In this document: piece by piece, positions 37,767 to 50,100 of the stretch
Position numbering within the stretch: the first letter of the stretch is position 1
How the letters are laid out: every line of letters begins with the position of its first letter
Assembly: GCA_013265495.1 (NCBI GenBank)
Contig: MU057959.1
Location: forward strand, 13,202 to 77,201
Source of the DNA: Vicugna vicugna
Lineage: Eukaryota
Reading direction: 5' to 3'
DNA length: 64,000 nucleotides
Notes under the pieces: generated by a model
Seen by the model: the letters and a program-made list of their open reading frames with translations, nothing else
The model's database searches: none
Told to the model about the DNA's origin: nothing
Program-made: the position numbers and the translations under genes

Positions 37767-39977
37767 GTGGCCGTCTGTGTCCTGACCCATAATGAACCAA
37801 TGGCTGTTAATCTAAGAATTCGGATACCTAGACATCCTCTTAGGATATCCTGGTTGGCAGGGAGGAGCTTTTCTGGACATCCATTATTTTTGTTTGAGAT
37901 CAGTTTTAAGGGAAGCCTCAGTTGATCTGGACACTTGAACTTTGGGTTGAGTGAGAAGTCACAGTATAGTTGAGTTGTTTCAAGGATAGTGATATTTATT
38001 TTCTTTTATATCCTGAGTTCCAGAATGAGGTAAGTCGAATACACCTGTCCCAAAATCAGAAGTTATTTCTTTAACATTGAGGGGATATATTTAAACTTAT
38101 CTTTGCAAACTAAGGATGGTTCTGCTTGGTTGAGCAAGATTCCACTGATTACCTAAGAGACCTAAGGAAAGTCTCCAGCCCCTGAGGGGAGGAACAGATC
38201 AGCACAAACCTGTATCTCCCCGACCCTCCCCACACAGGGAACTGGCATCCTTCTCACTAAGAGGACCTCCCATGCAGATGCCCAACAACCTCTTGTGAAA
38301 AAGACACATGAGCAGTTCATTGTCTTAGGTCTGTTTTCCAAACATCTTTTTTACAATCTTACCTTTAACATCTTATTTATTCATTGATTCAGTTGCTTCT
38401 CCAGGCAAGCAAGAAAGGTTGACGTTAGTTCCTCTAATTTTTACAAGTTTGAAAGAAAAAGTGAAATTTCTTTATCTTTGTGCTCCTGGTTATTTTCAAA
38501 GACACTGAAGCAGCCAAAGCAGTTTTTGTTTGTCTTTTCTCCCTAAAATTGTATTCCTGTTCATTTCCTTTCTAGGTAATTGTAAGATGCATTCTATGAG
38601 ACATATTTTGTTGTGACTTTTGAAAAGGTACTCAGAGGATGTCCCACTGATCTTTGTGTCAACACCTAGCGTCCTGACTCAGTTTCAACTATTCCCCAGA
38701 TACACACAGCCTCAGCATCTCTGTATTTGAGTGTGGTTGTAAGCGGTCTTCAGCCTCTGTCTTCTGACACCTGTCTTCATACTCGCAAGGATGAACACTT
38801 CTTATTCACTGTTGTCTCTCCTTTTTCTCTCTTATTGTGGTCCTAATATAATATTTTATCTTTGTTTCACAGATTCCTCCGTATATTGACTATGCAGTCT
38901 TTGTGAAGTCTATGGAGGGGAAGGGTTTCATGTCTCAAAATGTCTTGGAATTTGTCCTGTTACTTCTGTGACTGAGATCATTCTGAGCAGTGTCATGATC
39001 CCAGCTATTACCGCCCCACCCAACTTTTTCATTCCCTCCAGTTCTTCCTCTTTCAGCCAACGTGAGAAGGTTTTTCTTTTATTAGAGTCCTGACAACATC
39101 TGTTCCCTGGGATTGTGCACTAATATTACGAAGAGCTTTCTAACTGCCATTGAAGGGGAAATTAAATAATAGTTACTCTAAGAGACTATTGCAGCAGGTT
39201 ACTTTTGGGATCCTGTAAATCCTGTTATTTTAGACCTGTTACAGTCACATGACCTTTAATACCTGTTCCCTTGAATCCATGTCAGTCACAATGTGCCTTG
39301 ACACTATGATAAATAAAAAAGGAACCAACACAAAGATTAAACTTTAAACCGCCATACGTTGCTAAGCCATCTTGTGTAGATGTGCCTGGTCTGTCCTTTT
39401 CAAAATTGTCCAGATTTGTTGTACCTGTACCCCACCTCTTCCAGTTTATCAGCCAACTTCTTTCTTGTTTGTCTGTTTTCTCTGTGATCACCTTTTAGAC
39501 ATCTTAGATTCCACAATTCATGTCTAAATAGTGCAGGGAAACTTTTGAACCTGGCCACCAGACACACCTGGTTCCCTCACAGATTTATGACTGTGGTTCT
39601 AATGTACTTAGGATCTGAGTTGAAATAATTGAACACAAGCCCACTTTCAGAGGTCTGATCCTGGTGAAATTCTGTTCCGCAGTGTATCTCAAATGGAGAC
39701 AGGCCCAGTGATCCCCAGTGTTTTATTGAGAATGCTGGTTCTGCTGATGGGTTTTCTTGTTGTCCCTGGACCCCCACCTTTCCAACCAGTGTCTCCAGAG
39801 ATGTCAGTGCTCCATGTCTCACAGCACACTTCTCAGCATAGGGCTGCGGGGCCATCTTTCCAAGGCGTTTTCTGTGCTGAGTCCCCCAGAGCAATTTTTC
39901 CCTTGTGAGATCACCGTGTTCCTTAATAGGAGCTCTGGTTTGACCAGATCTAAAGTTTTAGAAAGCTGTTTCAAGGA

Positions 39978-40189
39978 TATCAGTTCTCAAACAGGGGCCG
40001 GCATGCCTTCCAGGAGAGACATGAATGGTGACACGTTTGATCATCCCACTGGGAGAATGTGATGTTGACCCCTTCCACCTAGTGGGCTGAGGTCAAGCTA
40101 CTTTGTACACACCCTACAGTGTGCAGGATAGCCTCTCACACCCAGAGTCTTCCTGTCATGTGTCACTTGTGTGGAGGTGAGAAATGCTA
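39978..40189 (+). mobile_element. MER20-like element upstream of copy C
   Basis: Paralogous to 13562-13780. Confidence 0.7.
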
Positions 40190-40651
40190 GTTAGTAAGAG
40201 TTAAGAAGCTCCTGTCACTCAGAATACATCCTCAGTCCTTGTGGTGACCTGCACAGCCCACAAGACTTGCTTCTTTTCCCAGTTGCTCTCCAGGGACTCT
40301 CCCTCTCTCCTACTCTGTTCCCACCACACTGGATTCGTGCTGAGTGATGTGGCTTTCTACTTACTTACTTACTGTCTACTGTGTGCTAAAGCCCCATGTT
40401 CCTCACACCTTTCTGCTTTATAGATTATGAGCATTTTTTCTTCTCAAAAGCATTCTTCATATACTAAAAAGTCACTTCCACAAGGTTCTTGTCTTTGCAC
40501 TTTGGAATTGGCTGCATCGCCATTGCTCAGGACTGGTGAATCAGTGCATCATTGTGTGTCCCCAGGATTTCTCTTTCTGATGGGTGCATGTGGGCAACTA
40601 TGCATGTAACAGTGTGTTGGTGAAAAGAAATCCTGAATGACCTGTGCATGA

Positions 40652-43100
40652 AATAGTATCCTGAACCATGAGCAGGGGTCATTCAGGTACACTCACTGGA
40701 GTATGGTTGAAGTAGAAAGGGTTTTTTCAGGACAGTTCCTTCTCCAAAGAAGAAAGGTTCTACATGGTCGAGCTGGACTGAGTCAGGTGTGAGTAGAAGG
40801 AAGTTGGAGTTGGGCAGCGTCTCCCCTCTGGTGCTAGGTGTACCCGAAACGCATGAAGGAAAGGAAAGACAGTCACGGTGGGTACAGTAACACACGTGAG
40901 GTTTAAAGGAAGAGGTTTCCACCTTTAAGCTGACCGACATTGAATAGGGTTTCATGTATTTAGTAATTACCCACATTGCATATTTCAAAACAGCTTCTGA
41001 GGGCACCTCAGTAGTCTTCCTCAGGATAGGATCACTATCTTTCCATTAAATGTCATGGGGTAAGGGAAACACTTTAAAGTGTTAATCAGCCTCTGCAAAG
41101 AAGAGCTAAACAGTAAATGTGAATGGTAGAGGCAACGTCTACAGCTGATGTCAAATTTCCTCACTTGAGCTTTTTTAACGTGATTGTTTGCCTTTGATAG
41201 TCCCTCAGTCCCATCTATTGGTTAAAAAAGTGGACATTAAAAAAAAAACACTGACATACTCTATGACCTTCTTATTTCTTCTGGAAACATGTATGCATGC
41301 AAATAGATTTGAAGAGAACTAAATATGATCTCCTACAATTGTCAGAGAAGGCAGCTTCCAGGAGAAAAGGTCCCCATTGTCGCTCTCCTGTGTTTACATT
41401 TCATTTGGTGTCCCTGTATTGCTTTTGGTCAGTTGGTTTCTCTTTGCTCATTATTTCTGTTTCATCTTGTGTCTGTGTTTTACTGAATGATGGACACTCC
41501 AGTTACGGTGATATTTCTTTCCATTAGCCTGTCTCTGGACATAGCCTTTTATCAAAAGGTTTACTGTCAATTAAATAGGAATTTTTTTTTTTTACCATGA
41601 CTCCCCCCTCTTCTGAGTAATGAGTGAGGATTAGCTAAGGTCACTTTGGAATCAAGGACAAAGTGAAGAACTGTGACTCCCAGACCATTCCTTCTCAAGG
41701 TGTGTGCATTCAGTGAGAGAAAACTCTCAGTCCTCTGTGAATTGACTTGACTTTCCCTGTACCTTCTGGCAACTTAGTAGAATATATGTGGTATCATCAA
41801 TATAGAGGAAACGTTATCAGTATATGCATAAAAGGACAATGTGTTTTAAGACTGCCAGTGTCCAGTGTTTGGTCTGCATTTAGTTAGTAAAGATTTAGCA
41901 CCTGTCATGTGTGAACCTCACTGAAGTCTCAAGATGAACTAGAGTCCAAAGCCATGAGCAGGGATCATTCAGTCACACTCACTGGAGTATGGTTGATGTA
42001 GAAAGGGTTCTTGTCAGCAGAGTTCCTTGGCCAACGAAGCTAGACTCCAGCAGGTCCGGTGGGACTGACTCATGTATGTTTAGAAAGAGGTTGATGTTGG
42101 CCAGCATCCCCCAGACTGTACATTTCAGCATAGCTTCTGAGTGACCTCTGTAGTCTGTGTCAGGAAAAGACCACCATCTTTCAATTAAGTGTCAAGGGGT
42201 TTGGAAACACTTTGAGGTATTGAACAGCCTCAGCAAAGAAGAGCTAAACAATTAATATGAATGACAGAGGCAACATCTACATGTGATCTCATATTTTCTC
42301 ACTTGAGTTTTTTTTTTTTTAAGTCGTTTGCTTTTGGAAATTCCTGAGACCCATCCATTGTTGAAGACATTAGACATTAAAAAAAAAAAAAAAACCTTAC
42401 ATGCTCAACCACCTTCTTATTTCTTCTGGACACTTCTGTTATGTTTTCAGCATGCAAAAAGATTTGAACAGGACTAAATGTCATATCCTACAAATGTCAG
42501 AGAAGGCAGCTTCCAGGAGAAAAGGTCCCCATTGTCTCTTTCCTGAATTTACCTTTGACTTGATGTTTCTGTGTTGGGTTTGGTCATTTAGTGTCTGTTT
42601 GTTCATTGTTTCCATTTCACCATGTATGTGTATTTTACTAAATGATGGACACTCGGTTTCTGAGATATATTTCCATCAGCCTGTCTCTGGATATAGCCCT
42701 TGATTAAAATGTTTATTGCCAATTAAATAGGCTTTTAAAAAAATAGAATTTTCTCCCATGCCTCCACGATGCTGTATGTAATGAGTGAGAATTATCTAAA
42801 GTCATCTTGGTATCGATACCCAGTGTGAACAATAGTGACTCTCAGGGCAGCCCTTTTCAAAGTTTGTGCACTCAGTGAGAAAATCTCAGTCCTCTGTGGA
42901 GTTACGTGAATTTCCTTTTATTTTCTGGCAACTTAGTAGAATACATGTAGTTACAGCCAACATACGAGTAACTAATTTGTATGTACCTTGAAAGGATGGT
43001 GTGTTCTGTAAGATTGCCAGTGTTTATTGTTTGGTCCTCTATCAGTTAGCATGGATTTAGCACCTTTTACATGTGAACCTCACCCAAGTCTCAAAATTCA
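40652..43100. repeat. Diverged tandem duplication of ~1.2-1.3 kb in the 5' flank of copy C (40652-41937 and 41938-~43100)
   Basis: The block from ..ccatgagcaggg.tcattcag through ..ggcagcttccaggagaaaaggtcccc.. to ..gtgaacctcac..aagtctcaa occurs twice here and once in each other unit. Confidence 0.85.
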
Positions 43101-44004
43101 TCAGGAGCCTGACAGATTGTTTTCCGGACACACTGAAGTTATCTACCTGTGAAAGAAGACAGTAGACAAGCAAGCTCACCAATCTTGCGAAACTACTCAC
43201 TTGTTTCCAAGTTCTAGGATGAGAAGTAAAGCAAGGCAGGACCATGGAGTGTATCTGGGTCCTTTGGTGGGAGGAGATAGAATTCGTGAAATTAAGGGTT
43301 TTGAGTGAAGCTCTGAGAAGAGTTGGAAGGTTGAGTTGAGTGTTCATCTGGGACAGGAACGTGCTGGGAAGAGAAGGTAAACAGGTGCTTTGGAAGGTCC
43401 TCCTGGTTATTTCCGTCAATATTCTAAAGGTGTGTGCACTTTGTAAGGCATTTCCATTTATAGGAATTGTGAAATAAGTGAGACACTAAAAATTGTTACT
43501 AGTATGCTGACTGTGGTGTTGAAATATTTAGAAATCTAGCTGTCTTGTAGCTGGACACATTCATGGTAGGAAATGCAAGAAATTAAATTTACAAATTAGA
43601 TCTCTGATTCAACATATGACGAGTCTCTAAAAATATGTCCACCTGAAATGTATAAAAATATGACTCTCTTTCTAGTTTTACTCCTCTCTGTGTATAAAAC
43701 AAAAGCTAGCTTCCAATATTTTACTATGTTTGTTCACTAATAAAAATGCATGCTTTTGTAAAAAAAATGTGGACTTTATACCAATCTTTTGAAAATCTGT
43801 TATTGAATTTTTATTGTTTAAGCTATGGGTATATCATCACCCTGCCCCTTCTGCAAGATGGGTTCACAGTTTTGAACACACTAGGCTCCTGTGAGTCCCC
43901 TTTGCCTGGCAAAGCAATAAAGCTGTCTCTTTTTTTCTAAGGTCTAATACCCTGTCTCTTGAGTTACTTGACTCATCAGGGATAGGGGCCAATGTTTTGA
44001 CAAC

Positions 44005-47000
44005 AGAATTAGTTTACTATGCTGTGTCAATTTGCAGTGTAGAGCACAATACTTCAGATATACGTGAACATACACATATTCATTTTCATTTTCTTTTTCA
44101 TATAGGATACTAAAAGGTTTTGAACATAATTCCCTGTGCTATACAGTATGAACATATTTATTTATTTTATATGTTATCATCTGCAAATCTCAAACTCCCA
44201 ATTTATCCCTTCCTATCCCCTCCAAACCCCTGATAAACATGTTTGATTCTGTGCTTGTGAATCTGTTTCTGTTTTGTTATGAAGTTGTTTTGTCATTTTT
44301 TAAATTAGCTTCCACATATAAGTGATATCATATGCTCTTTTTCTGGTTTGATCACTTCTGTATTAGCTTGGTTTCTTTTTGTTTTTTGTGACTCTGTTTT
44401 ATGCTTTTCATTTGGAGTTGCCTTGTTTTTCAAGTATTTTTACCCTTTACTCTATTTTTTTGCTTTAGACTGGTATTCACGTAGGCTCAAACACATCCTA
44501 AAGAGAATGAAGAAAAAAAGAAAAAAATTTATATTTTCTTGCTTCCTTGTGTACCTTTTATAAAATTAGATGTCCTTTCTTAAAAAAAAAAACAACATAA
44601 AACTTCGTGTTTATTCTCTTGCAACTTATTGTAGTTATCAATTTTCCACTCAGGGTTTTCTCATTTGCATAGCTTCCTGCTCCTTTTCTATTTAGAGTAG
44701 ACCTTTCAATATTTCTTTTAGCATAGGTTTAGTCATGCTGAGCTCTTTTAGTTTTTGCTTGTCTGAAATTGTTTACCTCTCTTTCTATTCTAAACGACTG
44801 TCTTCCCAGGTTGAGAATCCTAGTTTGCAACTTCTTCTAATTCAGGTCTTTGAATATATCTTCCCCCTCCCTTCTGGGCAGCAATGTTTGTGTAGAGAAA
44901 TAAGGTGAAGGCCTTATGGGGGTTCCTTTGTAACTAACTCTTTGCTTTTTCCATGTTGACTTTAGAATCCTTTCTTTACCTTTCACTTTGGCCATCTTAA
45001 TTATGATGAGTCTTGGTGTAGGTCTGTTTGGGTTCCTCTTCTTTCAGACCTTGTGTCCTTCCTGTACTTGGATATCGGTTTCCTTTTTTAGGTTTGGAAA
45101 GCTTTCTTTGTTGATTTTTTCAAGTGTCTTTTCAGTCCCCTTTTCTCTTTATTCTTCTTCTGGGACCAATATTATGTGTAGGTTGGCTCTATTTATATTA
45201 TCATGTAGGTCACTTATATTGCTGTCATTGGTTTTCACCAGCTTTTCTGTCTGCTGTTCTGATCAGGTGACTTCTGTTGTCCTTTCTTCTAAGTCATTTA
45301 TTTGTTTTTCTGCATTATCTAGTCTGCTTTTGACTGCCTTTAGCTTGGCTCTTATCTCAGCCTTTGTGTTTTGTTTTAAACTGACTCCTCTTATAATTTG
45401 TTTCCTTTTTATACTATTCTCTGTCTCCATTCATGGTCTGTCTTGTTTCCTCCAGTGACTTTATCACCCTTTTTTTGGAAGTCATTGTCTAGTAGATTGT
45501 CATGGTCTATCTTACGTTTGTTTTTGCTTTCAGGGAATACTCTTGATCTTTTAATTGGGAATGGTTCCTCTGCATCTTCATTTTCCTTGTATTTCTCTGT
45601 CTCTAGGGATTTAGGACTATCAGTCATCTGCTGGTCAGGGCTGTTTTTTGTTGGTTTCTTTGTTTTTATTTAAAGTGGGAGTGTTTCCGTGTAGACTGTG
45701 TGCATGTTATAATTGTTTTGAGATGGCTCTTAGTATGAGTGGTTCCCATGTCTTTCTTCTATATATGTTGGTTCTTACGCTTTGGCTGGGGGTGTGGCTT
45801 GTGCTGTGCTGTTCAGAGGCTGCCCTGATCATTGCTGTTGAGCGAGGCCTCCTTTTTTGTTCTGTGGCTGTCAGCTTTGACGGGAGTCTGGTCTGCTCGC
45901 CTGTTGCTGGGATGGCGGCTTCTAGACCTGTCTCTGAGCTGTGGTGTGTAGCGGGCAGGGCTGGAGCCCTTCCGCTGGGAAGGAGAATAGGCAGGAGATG
46001 TCCAGTGGGAAGTGCCCTCTGTGGTGGTGTCTGTCACTTGTTATGCAAGTGTAAACAGCACTCCTTCTTGATGCTGCCTTTGTCCCTGCCTTATCTGTGG
46101 GAATGTCGGCCAAATTCCCTGGTGTCCCTCAGGTTCTGGCCCTTAGGAACCACCAGTGCAGATCTGCCATTGTCAGGTACTGGGACCCGCGTTAGTGAGC
46201 AGAATCTTCGACCTGAATCCACAGTGCACCAGAGGGACAGACCCTCAGCCCCACCTCTGTGTACTGCATGGTAAGCCGGCCTGTTGTAAACGGCCTTCCT
46301 CCCTCCCTGCACCAGAACTCTGCTCACTACCTGTTTGTCCCGGAGGCACAGGTGCACAGTCGGTTCAGAGAGCCAGCCCGCCTTGTCTGCCTGGGACTGT
46401 AAATAAAGTTCAGTCTCTCCTGGTTACTTACAGGGCTGCTAGCTGTGGATTCAGCTTTCAGCCCCATCTCTGCACAGCACTGGTGGCTGTCATCAAGCCC
46501 CATCTCTGTTCTCTGTAGAACACACCAACAATGGAGCCAAGCAGAGATAACAGCTATGGTGTTGGTGCACTGCACCCCTACCCCCTAGACACATCAACAG
46601 TGGTGCTATTTTATGGGAGTCCCAGGCTGTTTTGTTCAGCGTAAGCCACCAATCCGAGCTCACACCGTCCCCTGAGGCTGCCTGTGTGCAGTGTCTGAGC
46701 CCTCTGCCTGGGCACCTCACCAAACCCAAGCACCCAGTCTCAGTTCTTCCCTGCTGTCTCTTGTTTTGGGCGGGAGATCACAGGGACTTCCCATCGCAGG
46801 TTCCTTTATTTCTGTCTGCCCAGCAACTGCCACTTTTTCCTCTCAGCCTCAGAAACTGAGCTTCTGTTCCCGCTGTCCCCCAGGAGAGGTGACGTCACAG
46901 CGTATGGGTGCCTGTCTGCCTTTCGCTCTACCTCCTTGTAAGACTGGTCCCATACTCATTTTTCCTTTTTTTTCTATTATCAGATTTTGTGAGAATCCTC

Positions 47001-47129
47001 CTGTGTTTTTAAGCCAGTGTTTGGTATCTGTTGAGTGCTATTCCATGAGTTTGTAGATGAAATTCTTACTGTGTTTGTGGGTGAGGGTTGGCTGTGGTCT
47101 CAATACTCCATCATCTTGGCACCTCTCTC
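44005..47129 (-). mobile_element. ORF2-deleted L1 between copies C and D
   Basis: 5' end catcttgg at 47112-47119, ORF1 remnants at ~44750-45630, and fusion to the 3' UTR at ~44340. Probable target-site duplication tataccaatctttt (43777-43790) and tacaccagtctatt (47130-47143). Confidence 0.9.
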
Positions 47130-50100
47130 TACACCAGTCTATTGAAAGTATCTAATCCTGTTGGGGATTAAGAAGCAGATTGCAATATGAAATATTTCAA
47201 TATGAAATTATGATTATGTGTCTGTACAAGTCTTTGTGTGAATTTAGTTATTTCTTCTTTGAGTTTTCACTAGTGGAATCTCTTCAACCTGCAACTTGTG
47301 GACCCAAAATTCTGTGGTGACAGATTACATTTCCTTAATAAAGAAGTAAGGGGTTTTTGGTTTCATCTTCAGTCAATTCTTATCACATCCCTTCCAGAAA
47401 ATGTGCCCATTTTATCAAAAATGTACCTTGGTAGGCATCACTTTGCTTAGTGTTCTTGTATTATTTTTATTACTTAAGGGTTTCTAGTGAAAATTCGAGT
47501 TTGTGTTATAATACTGGTCTCACAAATATGCACCTTACACACATGCACACACACACAAACATCTGTGATATTTGGCAATTTTTCCAGTCGTTTATGCCAG
47601 GTCCTAGCTTCCAAGATTCTCTGAGGTCTTCTGTGAGATTCACACCCTCCCTACTCAACTCAGTCACCTGTCTATATATGCACATCCCCATCTAGCATTT
47701 AAACACACACTCTGTAGGCCAGCATCAGAAGTCCACACACACCTCTTTTATATAAGAGGAATATACCAACATGGCAATCATGGCTCTCCATTATTTCCCT
47801 CAAAATCCAAAATAACGTTCCTTACTGGTGCTTTTGACTTTGGCCAGCTGGAGCCTAACCAAAGAACATCTCAATGTAGTAACTGAAACATGTATTCTGT
47901 TAAGTATCCCCGAGGTCTAGTTTTATTTCCCCATGCCTGGGGACAGATCTCTGACCTTTTGCCTCAGATCTAGGGTGCAGGATCTCTTAGATGAAACACA
48001 ACTTGAGGAACACGGGGAGCTGCTCTGTGTGCTCTGCACATTCCATGAAAATCCTTATGTCTACTGCCCTCAGGTGCCTAAAGCCAGGAATACAGTCTTC
48101 ACATTCTGTGTTCTGTATCTGCAGTTACACCTTACCATCTGAGCTGAGTCACTTTCTCTATGCACTGGACTGACTTCATGGTGCTGTGGAGGGACCATGT
48201 CTCAATTGCTGCCCTTTTGATGAATAGTGTCCTATTAGTAACAACTAACAGTCCTTCCACTCAATTCCATACATGCTGTGCTTTGGGAAAAGGCACATCC
48301 CCTCGGTTATGGAGCATCACATCTCTCACTTTCCCCGCATAAGTCTCAGTGCATCCTATACACGTTTCTTTCCCCAGAATGAATAGGATGCTCCATGGGG
48401 ACGTTTTCTTGACAACAGTGCCCCATCCCCACTGCAATAAAGAGCACAAAGTCCATTCCCCTTCACCATAATGGTGTAGTCTTTTTTTCTCCCTCTCACT
48501 GGGACACCATGAGGACATCTCTGACCCTCATCAAACTTGTCTTTGGTGGGGCATCTGTCCTATTAATGGAACATGTTCCTAGATATTTCATGGGGCTAAT
48601 TGTGAGTTTTAAATCAGATGACTTTCTGCACAGATACACATGCACAGAGTAGTGACTAAATCAATTTATTTAAACCATCAGAGATCAGATACCACCAAAG
48701 AGGACATGAATGCTGAGCAGGAGAGAAGAAATGGGAAAGAAAGTATGATTATGGAGAGAGATGATGCTATGGTGGAACTAGGAATGTTGTCTCCATATTG
48801 TTGATCCTGATTCCGTGGAGAAGATGACATGCCTGGTTCTCTGCGACATGTTCTGTAGGTGAATAAAACAGGACAGGGGTTAGTTGAATGGACCTTATGC
48901 CAAGTGACAGAGCTGAGCCTCAGGGAGTAGGGGTAGCCTCAGAGGAGCTGCTATTGAATTCAGTGGGCAGATTCCACGTGGAACTTAATATTCCCCATGT
49001 CTCAGGTATGTAGGTACCCATTTGGAATCCACCCAAGGATGTACCTATGGTGGGACCTCTCTTGTGTAGGATCAACTCTTGGAGTTTTGTGATACCAGGA
49101 TGCGTGCTCATGGAATGATTCATCTGAAAATGACTGACAGGATCTGTGATTGAGTCACACTTTTCTAATTTTAAAGGTTTTAACTTTGATGGCTACAGAA
49201 TTACAGTCTGTTGGAAGCTACTCTTACTGTTTCCCTTTTCCCTCCCTTTTTCCTAAGAGAAAAAAAAAATAAGCCACAATTTAGCCTCATTCAATGTCCT
49301 TTTCTTGGACTATCTTCTTCTAGAAATCTTACAGGTCCCACTTTAATAAAATCAGCCTCTAAATGGGAAAATAAACTTAACACCTGTTTCTAACAGTGTG
49401 GTTTGAAACTCCTCATTGGGGATGTCAAAGTTTTGTTAAATTAAATATTGTTTTTGCAGCTGTCGATAGTCCTCTATAAGCCTGTTTCTTTTGGACTTGG
49501 GCTGTTTGTGGATGACCTTCAGGTCAGGACTGACTGGGAAGGTAACTACTTTTCATCAATTGCTGGCAATTCCTGCTTTTTCCTAAAGTCTGTCATCTAC
49601 ATAAATCCTGCAAGATGGTTCTTTCTCACCAGAACTGCTTAGCATTAATCAGCTAATCATTAATCTGTACTTCAATAGGACCGCTGAGATGCAAAATACC
49701 CCTAATGTAAGAGAAAAAAATCTCTAGTGACATAATTTAAACGAAGCAAAAGACATCGTCACCTACAAAATGTGGCCCATATGAATTCACAGGGTATCCT
49801 TCCTGATTTCTTTGCTGGAACAGCAGTAACAACAGGTCAGTTTTACTTAGACTTGGTAGTTGTGGCGTCTTCTGTTTTTGAAAGTTCAGCACAATCCTAT
49901 GGGGGAAAATCCAAGGGCCACAATAAGAGAATAGTAGATAACTACAGTTTTCCAACATTCCCAAGTTTTTTTTTTTTTGTAACGGATTTTATAAAAGATT
50001 ATTTATGGAAGAAAATTTAAATGAATCAATTTGTTTCCCGTTAGCTTATTTGCATCCCACATAAATGATGTATTCAGGAAAAAGTGTAGGTTCATTACCG

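Noticed and set aside
45648..47056. The longest ORF (208 aa) and its neighbours
   Set aside because: They are chance frames in the L1 5' UTR and are not conserved as ORFs in the paralogous element at 28000-29600.
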